The notes under the pieces are model-generated. The model ran no database searches. It was not told where the DNA came from and was given only the letters and a program-made list of their open reading frames with translations. The translations under genes were made by a program, and so were the position numbers. A DNA stretch of 64,000 bases from Heterodontus francisci. Taxonomy: Eukaryota. This document shows positions 11,460 to 24,439 of this stretch, in pieces. Every line of letters starts with the position of its first letter. Positions within the stretch are counted from its first letter, which is position 1. Where the stretch lies: assembly GCF_036365525.1 (NCBI RefSeq), contig NC_090397.1, forward strand, positions 13,252,289-13,316,288. The letters are read 5' to 3'.

Positions 11460-13360
11460 CTAGTTACTAGCTGACTAGAGAGACTGAAGAAGCTGGGATT
11501 GTTCTCCTTGGAGCAAGAAGGTTATTGGAGATTAAATAAAGGTGTTGAAAATTACAAAGGGTTTTGATAGCGTTGATAGATAGAAACTGTCTCCATTGAC
11601 AGGAGGGTTAAGAATGAGAGGATACTGATTTAATATTTGTAGAAGTACCGAGGATGTGTGTGGAGTGGGGTGTTGGGGTGGCAGTGCTGGTGAACTAAGA
11701 AGAATGTTTTTAATGCAGTGAGTTATTGTGATCTGGAATGTAATATTGCTTGTTCCTTTGGTCTGTGAACTATTGTAAGATTCACAAGACTGCAAGTAAT
11801 ATCCAAAGAAAATGTGGGTTTTTATTATGACTTAACTAGAACATTTTCTTCCTCCAGTGACCGTCACTTACATAGTCTTGAGGTGGTCCTCTTAAGGTTG
11901 TCCCACAACAGAATGCACTGCCTGAAAGAGTTGGGGGGGGGGGGGAGGGGGGGGGGCGCGACGGAAGCAGATTCAATCGTGACTTTCAAAAGGGAATTGG
12001 ATAAATACTTGAAAAGGGAAAAATTTGCAGGGCTGTGGGAAAAGTGCAGTGAAGTGAGATTAATTGGATCCATCTTTCAAAGAGTCTGCGCAGTCACGAC
12101 GGGCCGAATGACCTCCTTCGGTGCTGTAAGATTCTATTGTATAATGTGGTAGAGTATGAAGAGATTACACTATTAGAGGAGAACTGACACAATTTAAAGC
12201 ATTAGTAAATCTGAAATATTCTTGTATAGAGCTGATTCAGTAAGTAGACAGCGGGTGCAGGTTCATCACTGTAGATGTGATGTGTCTGTGGGTGTATTGT
12301 ATAGGCTGATGTGATGTGTTGCCTGAGGGATCTGCATGTCTTTTCAGTGTTGAAGTACAAACTGTCTTTGCTTCTCCTTCTGGTCACTGTGGTGACTGGA
12401 GTCTCAGCACTGCATGCATTGTGCCACTGTGGCCGTTAGCAATAGGTAGCCAACCCTCCAGGATTGCCCTGGAGTCTTCAGAAATTAAGGATTAATCTCC
12501 AGGACGCTGCTGTGAGCAACCCAGGGAAATATCATAGGGGCATTAAAATAATCATCTGTGGTTTTTCATTTGCATTTATCAGTTAAAATAATATTGGTAA
12601 AGGATAAAAAAGGCTGTTTCACTGGGCTGAGCAATTGGAGACGGGACACCATGTAATGAAACTTCCAGGAATATGTCCAAACATAGTTGGCAACCCGAGT
12701 GAGCAGCCACCGTTAATTGGTCAGGAGGGGTCTTCTGATTGTAACAAGCCGTGATGTTAAAAATATGACACTTAATGAGAGCTGAAGGTTTATGATAATC
12801 ACCACACGGCTCGTGGCCACCTAAGCTATTCTTCCTCGTAAACTAGAGATCAATGATATTTAAATATTAATGCTGGCATCTCCTAGCTGCTGAGGGAGCT
12901 TGCTCCCCACTGAAATCAAACATGCTTATCACAAGGAGACTTTTAAACTGACCCATTAGCGGGAAAACAATGAGGTCAGATCGGCTGCCCATTTTATACC
13001 TCGCTTCATTTGAAATCAATGGAGATTAGAATCGGGCAGCTGTAAAATTGGCGTCTGATGCCAACCTGCCTGGGTTGGTTAAAATTACTTCCTATATGCT
13101 CAGCCTAGACCTGTGTGTTTAATACCAGGCAGGTACATCTATTCCAGAATTCACTGATCCCAGTACAGCTTGTAATCACAGTCAAGGTCACTTCCTCACT
13201 GGGATATCTAGATCTAAGAAGTGAGACAGTCACTCTGTCTGCAATCTGATTGGTTTGTTTGCAGTCAATAAACTATGATCTGTTTGGCTCCATTAAGAAA
13301 ATCCACATTGGGATCCCTCTGCTGTAACTGCATTTATTTTCTTTTTAAATGTACATTCTC

Positions 13361-13780
13361 ACAGAGAGAGAGAGATAGAGAGAGGGAAAAACAGAGGAAG
13401 AGAGACACAGACTGAAACAGGCAAAGATACAGAGACAAACAGAGAGACAGACAGTGAGAAGCAGAGAGGGAAAGAGTAAGAAGGAGCAAAGAGCAACTGA
13501 TACAGAAGGGGAGACAGAGAGAGAGAGTGAGATACACCAACAGAGATACAGATAGAGGGAGAGACACACAGAGACAGAGGGAAAGAGATAGAGGAAGAAG
13601 TGTGAAAAACAAACAGGGAGAGGGAATGGGAGAGAGTTAAAGAGGGAGTAACAGAGAGAAAGAGAGAAAAAAATATGTATAGAGACAGAGATAAGAGGAG
13701 ACAGAGGAACAGGCAAAGCCAGATAGAGAGTGAGAGACAGAGACAAAGACAGACAAGGAGGCACGTTTAAAGAGAGACAT
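13361..13780. repeat. GA-rich low-complexity tract
   Basis: Degenerate (GA)n/(GACA)n. Confidence 0.9.
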
Positions 13781-15340
13781 CGAGGGGCCTTAAAGAGTGG
13801 CTGGAACCTACTCAAAAAACATGCAAGGAAATTTCTACCTTCTATTTTCCTGGGGCCAGGAGGCGCAAAAGCGCTCCCGCCAAAATAAACTCCAACCCAC
13901 TGCCTGCCTGTGCAAGCCCTGCCCCTCCCCCTCCTCCTCTGCCCCACGCAGAATCCTTCCCCTTCAGGTTGTGACTGTCAAACGGCTCATGCTTAGCTGC
14001 CTCGGAGCATGGGTTTGAAACCCGTGAATTAGAGCCAGGCCTCAAAATGGCTTAGGGCTGTAACAATATAGGGTGCACTCCTCCCACCAATCCTGGGGTA
14101 CCGAAAATTATCATCAGTCCTGTTGTCTGACTGTAATTATTTGGCTGCTTTGAGCTCATCACTCCAAAGTCTAGAACATGGTTTTCGCAGTGGTGGACGT
14201 AAAAGATTTCACGGCACTATTTGAAGAACAGCAGAGGAGTTCTCCGCAATATCCCGACCAACATTAATCCCTCAACCAACATCACTAAAAAGCAGGTCAT
14301 TATCACATCGCTGTTTGTTGGATCTATAAATTGGTTACTATGTTGCCTACAACAGTGACTACACTACAAAAGTGATCTGCAATAGGGGGCACAATATTAA
14401 AATTAGAGCTAGGCCATTGAGGATTGAAATCCAGAAATACTTTCATACAAAGGGTGGTGGAAATCTGGAACTCTTTCCCTCAAAAGGCTCTGGATGCTGG
14501 GGGTCAGTTGCAGCTTTCAAGACTGAGATTGATTGTTTCTTAGGTAAAGTGAGCAAGAGTAATGGAGCAAAGGTGGGTAAATTGAGTTTACGGTACCGAT
14601 CAGGCATGATCTAACTGAATGGTGCAACAGGATTGAGGGGCTGTTAATGATTGCTATTAATTGGCTCTTAAGCTCTTTGAATGCCCTAAGGTGCGAAAGG
14701 CACTACAAGGTCTATATTTTATGGAGCTGGGGGTGGAGGGAGTGGGGGAATCCCAACACTGGGCCTATAAGGCAGGGGAACTCTGCCTCAGACCTTTGGA
14801 GACCACCCTGGCTCTATTTAACAGCACTCAGACAATTAATTGTCTGGCGCCGTGGTCCCCGTCCCTTTAAGGTTAGGGATCCCACCTCCCAGAGTTGCTG
14901 GCCAATCAGATGGCTGGCAGGTCAGTAGTATTGGCAGCATCACGGGGAGCGGTGGCCACTGCTGGTACTACAAAAGGCCTGGGACCAGGACTATTGCTGG
15001 AGCCTTGGACCCCAGTTAAGTGTGGCAGGGTTGCTGTGCCTGGTCTGGCTGACCTGGTGGGGGAAGGGGGGGGAAGACACTGAGAGTGGGAAGGTGTTAG
15101 CACAGGGGCAGCCTTTGCCACCGGGGGCCCTTCTTAGGCCAGAAATTACCCCCCCAACCCCGCACGGAGGCCACGTGGTGGAGGCTTCCCAATGCCGCTA
15201 GTAGAATACTAGAGACGGTGGGACGAGGCCCTTAAGTGGTTATTAATCGGTCAGTTAAGGGCCTCAATTGGCCACCTGACAGGAAGGATGTCTTCAGCCT
15301 TTCCTAACCTGACAAAATCGCATGGAGATTGAAGGTTGAG

Positions 15341-15497
15341 GGGAATGAAGGGTGCGGGGAGGGAAGGGTTCAGGGAATGAAGGGTGTGGGGAGGGAAGGG
15401 TTCAGGGAATGAAGGGTGCGGGGAGGGAAGGGTTCAGGGAATGAAGGGTGCGGGGAGGGAAGGGTGAGCAGAATGAAGGGTGAGGGGAATGAAGGGC
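15341..15497. repeat. 32-bp G-rich minisatellite (~4.5 copies)
   Basis: Unit gggaatgaagggtgcggggagggaagggttca. Confidence 0.9.
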
Positions 15498-15736
15498 TGG
15501 GGCAATTTGGAGATATTAACTGATGAAAATGATGAACAAGAAAAGATTTCAGCTTAAATGTAGTTGGAAATGCATTTATATGGTGACACACATGCAACCA
15601 GCCTCAAGTTATAAGTGCCCTGAAATGTGTCCCAAAGTGGTGAAGCTTCAACAAACCTATTTGTTTTTACTTGCAACTTTGACATATTCTCCAATTTACT
15701 TGAAAAGTGAGAACATAATCTCTTTCTGTATTCCAG

Positions 15737-15923
15737 CACCATGGGGAACATCAAAATAGTTGAAGTTGCTGCAAATGGCCACTTTGCTCGACTCTTAAAT
15801 ATTTCACAGGACACAGAGGAGGACATTGGAAACTATGTTCTGCAGCAGAATATTGGTGGCCAACCTGTGACAGTGTATCGCTTCCCCCCCAGGACACGAG
15901 TGAATGCAGGATCTGGTGTAACG
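15737..15923 (+). CDS. LMNTD1: LMNTD1 exon, N-terminal half of lamin tail domain
   Basis: ttccag| TMGNIKIVEVAANGHFARLLNISQDTEEDIGNYVLQQNIGGQPVTVYRFPPRTRVNAGSGVT |gtaagt; typical LTD Ig-fold sequence. Confidence 0.92.
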
Positions 15924-16332
15924 GTAAGTAAAAATCAACAGCAGTCTCCGTTCATAATGTTTAACCCCAAACTATGTACTAAACTCCACTTCAAGTCACA
16001 TGTCATCCTCACTTGGATATAAATCGCCGTTCTTTCATTGCCTTGCTGGAATTATCCCCCAGTCTGTGCTAAATTAGTGACCTTTGCCCAATTGTTCCTG
16101 GGCCAAAGTACCACAAAAATCCTAAAACGCCCTCCCTAACAGCACCATGGGGACACCTTCACCACATGGAACTGCAGCGGTTCAAGAAGAGGGCCCACCA
16201 TGACCTATTCACAGCAACTGGGGATGGGCAATAAATGCCAGTCCTGCCAGTGACGTCCATATCCCGAGAATATCTATTTTTAAATCTCTCTGTAATTCAG
16301 ACATTAACACAGTTTAAATCATTACATTTTAG

Positions 16333-16452
16333 GTTTGGGCAGCTGGAGCAAAGGTCCCTCATAATCCTCCAAAAGACTTTTTATGGAAGGAATGTAATAA
16401 ATTTGGAACCGGTCCTGATTGTACAACAATCTTGTGTAAGCCCAATGGACAG
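16333..16452 (+). CDS. LMNTD1: LMNTD1 exon, C-terminal half of lamin tail domain (GC donor)
   Basis: tttag| [40 protein letters not shown] |gcaagt; 120 nt, phase 0/0; close to human [40 protein letters not shown] as recalled. This frame is not in the ORF track. Confidence 0.93.
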
Positions 16453-17032
16453 GCAAGTGATTTTGATTTTGCATTGAATAATTCAAGTGTCAATGGCATT
16501 AACATAGAAACATAGGAATTTACAGCACAGGAAGGACATTCAGCCCATTGAGACTGTGCTGGCCAAAAAGGAGCTATCCAGCCTAATCCCACCTTTCAGC
16601 TCTTGGTCTGTAGCCCTGTAAGTTACAACACTTCAAGTGCATATCAAAGAGTTTATTAAATTGACAGTTTCCGCCTCTGCCATTATTTCAGGCAGTGAGT
16701 TCCAAACCCCCACCATCCTCTGGGTGAAAACATTTCTCCTCAAATCCCCTCTAATCCTTCTTTAAATCTATGTCACCTGGTTATTAATGAGGCTAGCTAT
16801 TTTCATAGAATGATACGACACAGAGGGAATCCCTTCGGCCCGTCATGCCTGTTCTTTGAACCGTCCTTTCCACATAGCTCTGAAAATTTCTTAACTTCAA
16901 TTAATTACCCAATTCCTTTTGAAAGTTACTGGTGAACCTGGTTCCACTGCACTTTGAGGCAGTGCATTCCAGATCATACATAACAACTCACTGCGTGAAA
17001 AATCTCTCTTCATTTTGTCTTTGGTTATTTTG

Positions 17033-17380
17033 TTTTTTTTTAGAGATACAGCACTGAAACAGGCCCTTCAGCCCACCGAGTCTGTGCCGACCATCAACCA
17101 CCCATTTATACTAATCCTACACTAATCCCATATTCCTACCACATCCCCACCTGTCCCTATATTTCCCTACCACCTACCTATACTAGGGGCAATTTATAAT
17201 GGCCAATTTACCTATCAACCTGCAAGTCTTTGGCATGTGGGAGGAAACCGGAGCACCCGGAGGAAACCCACGCAGACACAGGGAGAACTTGCAAACTCCA
17301 CACAGGCAGTACCCAGAATTGAACCCGGGTCACTGGAGCTGTGAGGTTGCGGTGCTAACCACTGCGCCACTGTGCCACCC
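17033..17380 (-). mobile_element. tRNA-derived V-SINE (HE1-like) inside a CR1 fragment
   Basis: Near-identical reverse complement of 11118-11459. Confidence 0.9.
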
Positions 17381-17719
17381 AAAATTACCTTAAATCTCTG
17401 TCCTCTAGTTACTGACCATTCTACCGCTGGAAACAGTTTCCCCTTATCTACCCTATAAACCTTTATCATTTCTTCCCTTAACCTTCTCTGCTCTAAGGAA
17501 AACAACACCAGCTTCTCTGGTCTCTCCATATAACTGAAGTCCCACATCACTGTATTTAAGTGGATATATACACACTGCCCAAAGTGATACTCAGCCATAC
17601 AGACATTGGGAGTTACTGGATTTGCCCCCCAGTCTGTACCAAATGAGTGACAGTTGCCAGGGTTACAGTGGGGATGCTAACAATTGGCCTCACTGTTCCT
17701 GAACTCAAGGTGAGCACAA

Positions 17720-19510
17720 ATTACATAGAATTACACAGCACAGAAACAGGCCATTCAGCTCAACTAGTCTATGTTGGTGTTTATACTCCACACGAGTCTC
17801 TTCTCATTCCATCTACTATATCTCACCCTTTCAGCAAATCTTTCCATTCCCTTTCTCTCATGTACTCATCAGTTTTCCTTTGAAAGCATTTAAGCTATTT
17901 GCCTCAACCAGTTCCTGTGGTAGTGAGTTCCTCGTTCAAACCACTCTCTGAGTAAGAAATTTCCCCTTATTTGCCTATTGGATGTATTAGTATTTGTCTT
18001 GTATTTATGTCCCCTAGTTTTGGATTCTCGCACAAGTGGAAACATTCTCTCCAAATGTTGTCAACACATTCATAATTTTAAACAGCTCTATAAGTTTTCT
18101 CTTTAAAAGGCTCAAGCTGTTCAATCGTTCCCAACAGCTGTAATCTCTCAGTTCTGGTATAATCCTTGTAAATCATTTTTACATTTCTCCAGTGTAATTG
18201 ATATCATTTTTATAGTATGGCATCCAGAACTGTGCACAATACACTTGAGTGCAACCTTACCAGGTCCCATACAAGTTTCACATAGTTTCACAACTTTTGC
18301 ATTCTATACCCCTAGAACTAAATCCCAGTGCTTTGTTAGCTGTTTTAATTGTTTTTCTGGCCTGCAATGTTAATTTAATGATTTGTTCAACTGTATACCT
18401 AGATCCTTTTGCTCTTCTACCCATTCACTTTCTTATTTTCTAAGATGTAATTGATGTTTCTGTTTTTCCTAGTAAAGTGCATCACCTCACATGTGTCTGT
18501 GTTAATGTTCATTTGCCACTTAACAGCAATGTAATCCTGCAAGTTTTCTAATGTCTTCTTGTATCATGTTGCATTCTTCCTCAGTTTTAACTAAATCACA
18601 ACCCCAACTGAAGTTTGGTATTGTCTGCAAAGTTTGTATCGAGTTACTTGTTCTTATGTCCAAAACATTGATGTAAAGTATGAATAATAGTGGTTCCAGC
18701 AATGGTCATTGTGGAACAACACCCTTTCTACCTCCAATCTGCCTAACTACCCTTTATCCATGATCTCTGCTTTCTATTTTTGAGCCAATTTGCTACCCAT
18801 TCAACTATTTGTACTCTGACTCCACATGCTGTAGCCTTTTTCATAAGCCTGCCATATAGTACCTCATCAAAGGCCTTTTGAAAATTCAAGCATTTGATAT
18901 CTACTGCATTATCCATGTCTATTCTTTCCATTACCTCTTCAAAGATCTATCAGGTTAGTTAAACAAGACAGCATTTAAGAATCCATGCTGACTATTTTTA
19001 TTGTAATTCCTGTCTCTAGATGCTCTTCTATCTCTTTATTTAGTATAGATTCCAGTATATTTCCTATCATTGATGTTAAGCTAACTGGTCTATAGTTCCT
19101 AGGTTTTGTTCTATCTCTCTTTTTGTATCAACTATTCATCAGCTCTCTGACACCATCCCCTCTTCTACAGAACTTATATATAACATACATGTGTGTATGT
19201 ATATATATTATATATATGTGCCTGTANNNNNNNNNNNNNNNNNNNNNNNNNNNNNNNNNNNNNNNNNNNNNNNNNNNNNNNNNNNNNNNNNNNNNNNNNN
19301 NNNNNNNNNNNNNNNNNNNNNNNNNNNNNNNNNNNNNNNNNNNNNNNNNNNNNNNNNNNNNNNNNNNNNNNNNNNNNNNNNNNNNNNNNNNNTTTCTTCC
19401 CTAATTTCCTTGAGTATGCATACCATCTAGAGCTAGTGTTGTTCTATCCTCTTTTAAATTTGCTAGTTTGTCAATTATTTTCTCCCTTTCTGTCCCAACT
19501 GTATTGATAT
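17720..19510 (-). mobile_element. Old CR1 ORF2 fragment spanning the assembly gap
   Basis: LNFQKAFD and PLLFILYIN motifs; CR1 3' end near 17720. Confidence 0.85.
19227..19392. other. Assembly gap (166 N)
   Basis: Run of N next to a (TA)n-like tract. Confidence 1.
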
Positions 19511-20166
19511 TCATTTTAAGCTCATCCTCCAGTGAAATGTTGAACATTGTTATCAGCCTAAGAGAAGGTTGCAGATGTTCAGATGGGGTTCTCGCTCTTG
19601 ATCACCATCTAATGGTTTGTGATGGAACTGCAGTCGGTATATTTCAGGGAGGAAGGAATGTTTTCCTATGGTTCCTGCCGACAGCAACATCATAGTCAAA
19701 CGCAGGAAGATCTTCCTCTGGTTGGTCCCAGTGAAATTGTAGTCATGTTTTCAAAGAGCAGGTGTGTGATTTCACTCGAAATACTGGCCAGAGGAAATCT
19801 TGCATTTGTTCACACTGTCACTGCACCCAGCAACAAGAGGGAATCACCACCCCGCCACCCACCCCAAAAACGATGGCCCGCAGAATCAAATAGCCTGCCA
19901 AACATTTCTGTCCAGACTGACCGACAAGAAAAATGGCGACTTGTGTGGCAAACTTTGGGCTGTGGAATTGTACCCCAGCAAGATGGCATTTGAATTCTAT
20001 TAATGTTGGATTGATATGTTGTAGTGGAAAGTGTCACAGGGCCTCAGCAAATGCCAACCCACTAATGTGGGCACTTGCCAGGCTCGGCTATTTTGGATAA
20101 TCTATTGAATACCTTCTATCTGAGAACACGCCAGACACCTTTTACTGACTTGTGATCTTCCCTTAG

Positions 20167-20357
20167 GCTGTTGCTTGGTTCACTCCTGCTCCTGGAAACT
20201 CAAAATTAAAGAACCCTTGCAAAGATGGAGGACAGTTCACAGACTATGAGCATCTGCTCCCAACCAATGATTGTCAAATTAATTTTCAACTAGACAAGGG
20301 AAAGGATGAGACTTTTGCAAACGTGTGCCGCTTTTCACCAGTGGTCTTACCTATGAA
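20167..20357 (+). CDS. LMNTD1: LMNTD1 exon after the LTD
   Basis: ttcccttag| AVAWFTPAPGNSKLKNPCKDGG…SPVVLPMK, AA|gtaggt; AVAWFTP corresponds to human AIAWYTP; phases fit both neighbours. Confidence 0.88.
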
Positions 20358-21629
20358 GTAGGTATATGCAGTGACGAACATAGTGCCCTACTTATTTGGA
20401 GTGACACCAATACTGCTTACTCAAAGGTGTCTCGAAGATAAGGAGCTTATATTCATGAGACTGCAGTTTCTGGACAGTTACAAAGGCACAACTCACTAAA
20501 AACTAGAGGGCAAGTACGCAAAGTTATCAAGAAGGCAAATGTCATGTTAACCTTTATCTCGAAGGGGCTGGAATACAAAGTGGAGAAAGTTATGCTTAAG
20601 TTGTAAAAAGCCTTATTCAGGCCCATCCTGGAGTACTGTGTACAGTTTTGGACATCACATCTCAGACTTTGGAGGGAGTGCAGCGCAGGTTCACCAGAAT
20701 GTTATCAGGGCTTAAATCATGAGGACAGGTTGTATAAACATGGCCTGTATTCCCTTGAGTATAGAAGATTGAGGGAGGATCTGACCGACATGATGAAAAT
20801 GTTGAAAGGATTCGATAGTATAGTTACAGAGAAGCTATTTTCTCTGATCTGGGATTTGAGAATGAGGGGGGCATGATCTTAAAAGTAGAGTTAGACCTTT
20901 CAAAAGTGAATCAGGAAGCACCTTTTCACACACAGGGTAGTGGAATCTGGAACTCTCTCCTCTGAACGGAAATGAATGCTGGGAAGTTGAGTTTCTACCT
21001 CCCTTGACTGTGCACTGGCAACTCACGGCCTTTACAAGAATTGTCACAGATTAAAGGGTCATATAGACACTGCACCAACACTACCATCATAGAAGAGGGA
21101 ACACCATGTATCAGAACTTACAAATTTGATATATGCTACAGGCCACAAGTCAGAATCAGCTTCATGGCACTGAAAAGAAGTCATTAAAAGCAGTGTGCAC
21201 TGTTCCTCTCACTCAGCTGTACTGAGTGGTTGTGGGCCGGAGGAGTAGCTGAGAGTTATAAAGGTCTAATGCTGAAATAGGGCAGAGGATTGTAATTTAT
21301 AGTTTGCATTCTGGTGTTGATGTATCAGTGAATTCCACTCCCCCCCCACCAAAATAATTTCATCGCAGAGAAAGAACAGCTTCTTGCAAATATATATTTT
21401 TTACTATTGCTTTCTTCTAACAATCTAATAGTTTAGCCATACCTGTTTTTGGCAGCTAGCTTTACCAGTTAGCACAAACGTTGTTCTGATGTAAGGTCAT
21501 CGACCTGAAATGTTAACTTTGCTTTTCTCTCCACAGATGCTGCCTAACCCGCTGAGTATTTCCAGCATTTTCTGTTTTTGTAGCAAACGTTTCACTAGTC
21601 TGAATACTCTTTTGGCTTAAACTCATATT

Positions 21630-22085
21630 AAAGAAAAAGAAAGACTTGCATTTATATAGTGCCTTTCAGAATATCAGGATGTTCCAAAGCATTTCACAGC
21701 CAATAAAGTACTTTGGAAGTGTAGTTACTATTGCAATATAGGAAATTTGGCAGCCAATTTGCACACAGCAAGATCCCACAAACAGCAATGTAATAATGAC
21801 CAGTTAAGCAGTTCTAGTGATGTTCGTTGAGGGATAAATATTGGGCAGGACACTGCGGGAACCGCTCCTGCTCCTCTTCGAAACAGTACCATGGATATTT
21901 TACATCCATCTGAGAGGGTAGATGAGGTCTCAGTTTAACATCTCTTCCAAAAGATAGCACTTCCAACAGTGCAGCACTCCCTCAGTATTGCACTGGAGTG
22001 TCAACTTTGATTTTGTGTTCAAGTCCCTGGCGTGGGACTTGAATCTACAACCTTTGATTCAGAGAAAGAGTGGTAGCACTGACGC
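21630..22085 (-). mobile_element. Deu-domain SINE
   Basis: Reverse complement of the core at 2520-2930 with a tRNA-like head near 22020-22085. Confidence 0.75.
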
Positions 22086-22726
22086 ATGGCTGACATGCCT
22101 TCATTCATTCATTTCCTATGCAGGTTTTTAAAAAATATTCGTTTATGGGATGTGGGCGTCGCTGGCATTTATTGCCCATCCCTAATTGCCCTTGAACTGA
22201 GTAGCTTGCTAGGCCATTTCAGAGGGCATTTAAGAGTCAACCACATTGCTGTGGGTCTGGAGTCACATGTAGGCCAGACCAGGTAAGGATGGCAGATTTC
22301 CTTCCCTAAAGGACATTAGTGAACCAGATAGGTTTTTACAACAATCATTAGACAAGCTTTTTCATTCCAGATTTATAAATTTAATTCAAATTTCACCATC
22401 TGCCATGCTGGGATTCAAACCCTTGTCCCCAGAGCATTAGCCTGGGTTTCTGGATTACTAGTCCAGTGACATTACCACTATGCCACTATCTCCCCCTTAC
22501 ATAGAAACATTGTTAGAGTTCTAGGAATTGGTTACCTGTCTTCCTGATCAAATAGAATCAGAACAGAGAGAAGAAACATAAACGGAACTGAAAAATAAAG
22601 ACATATCTATCACTAGTGCCTAATGATCATGATAAGAATAACCTGTATGTTTAGAAAGTATATAGCCAGCTGGCCTTTTCTTGCTTTGGACTGTCTAATG
22701 TTCCTAAAACATCTTTACTTTTGCAG

Positions 22727-22896
22727 AGAGAGGCCTCCCTCCTTAAATTTCCCTGTACGATGTCCTTGGGGTCAGAGTACAGCTTCTGCTACACACCCGG
22801 ATTTCAGCTTGCCCAGGACTCTGTCTGTCGGTAATGATGGTAGCAGTCAGTGCAGGGACTCCCGCTCACAGTCTGCTCGGCCAGACCCTGCCCCAG
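22727..22896 (+). CDS. LMNTD1: LMNTD1 exon
   Basis: ttttgcag| ERPPSLNFPVRCPWGQSTASATHPDFSLPRTLSVGNDGSSQCRDSRSQSARPDPAP G|gtgag; similar to human EKEIPPTVFPNRSPWCQNP…SAHP…RTRSTRPNRASG. Confidence 0.9.
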
Positions 22897-23348
22897 GTGA
22901 GGCAAAAATCAAATGCTTCTGCACAAAAAACAACTACCTGCAAAAAAAATTGCATAGAGAGTTATCATAGGGTACGATATTTACTATAGACACTGGCATT
23001 GGCTAGAGCTACTGCAGTGAGCATTCCCATTCCTACGCATCTCCACTTTTCAATATATTTCTTTCCCCAATGTGGTACCCAGAGACCACCAAAAGTTTCT
23101 TATAGAATCACAGAATGGGTAGAGCGCAGAACAGGCCCTTCGGGCTATTGTGTCCATGCTGGCTTTCTGTAAGAGTTACTCAGCTTGTCCCACTCCCCCA
23201 CCTTCTCCCCACAGCCCTGCAAATGTTTTCTCTTCAGATAATTATCCAATTCCCTTTTGAAAGCCACGATTGAATCTGCCACAACCACTCTGTCAGGCAT
23301 TACATTCCAGATCCAAACCGCGAGCTGCGCAAAAAGTCTTTACTCATG

Positions 23349-24406
23349 TGTCATGCACGGAAGGAGCCATGATGAAATAAGCAATGAAATGGAAGAATTA
23401 TGAATTTAAAAAGTCAACTGCTAAATGAAATCACAAGGAATAGACACTTATACACAGTGAAAATGGAGTAGCGGCCATGTGACCGTCCTATCCTGGAAAT
23501 CCACAAACGTGTCTGAAAAGGTGAGGCTCGTTAACCCCATCTGAAATAGCTCTGGGGAGAAGCCCTTTGAAATTGAAAGGAGCTATTGCATATTAATGAC
23601 TTTGATTGACATGAATGAACTAACAGAGGATGCTAAAGACAGTCTAACTCATAGCCAAACCAAGATGAATAAGATGTGAAGCAGCAACATCATAACAGAA
23701 TGATTCCCATTCAAACATCAAATGATGGCCATGGTTATCATCCTGGCCCATTGTGTGGACACAACAGGGGAGAGGGCCACATGTCATCTAAAAGGAACTC
23801 CAATGTGATAAATTTTGACCTTAAGAAGGTGGCTATCTGGAGAGAGAGGGGAGAGATCAAGCCAACATCACAGAAAGCCTGTGAGAAGGATCCAGCAGCC
23901 AAAAGAAGAACCCTGCTGACAAAGAGCAGCCACCACAGCAGAGACATCACCATCTGTGAAGGTAACAAACTACACACCACCAGCTTTGAGCTGCATTACA
24001 ACCACTAGAGATCTACAATACATCCTCAAGTTCAGGACTGTGAATAATCAGGCCTGCAACTTTTGAAAAAAGTTTTTTCCTCCCGAGAAGATACAATAAT
24101 CTTCTGTAAACCACAAACACTTACCTCACTTGGGACTTTAAACTACCTCTTACCCTTTTTCTATCTACTCTTGAGAGTGCATGTGAGAGTGAATGCGTGC
24201 ATGAGTGGTGTGAACATTTTGGGGAATTAATATTGTTCAATCAATAGTTAATCCTCTGTTTATAAAACCAGCAAGAAAACCTGTCATTTGTCTGGTTTAT
24301 TTGACCCTAAAGACACTCAGGCTAAAGCATTTTAACAAACGATTATGGTCAGTTGGGAGGTGAACATTGGGAACCACCCACACCCCCTTACCACCTGTCC
24401 ATAACA
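23349..24406. mobile_element. Solo LTR inserted in a CR1 fragment
   Basis: TGTCATG…CATAACA termini, 4-bp TSD CATG (23345-48 and 24407-10); CR1 sequence continues on both sides. Confidence 0.85.
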
Positions 24407-24439
24407 CATGTCACTGTTGGTTCTTTTGCCAGTCACCTG

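Noticed and set aside
13334-13947. Leu/Ser-rich - strand ORFs up to 200 aa
   Set aside because: Translation of the GA-rich low-complexity tract.
6722-15497. Short tandem repeats (at 6722 and 15341) as a CRISPR-like array
   Set aside because: No unique spacers; eukaryotic context; these are plain tandem repeats.
19123-19993. ORFs across and after the N gap
   Set aside because: Artefacts of N translation or unsupported frames; the LTD exon sought here was found at 16333.
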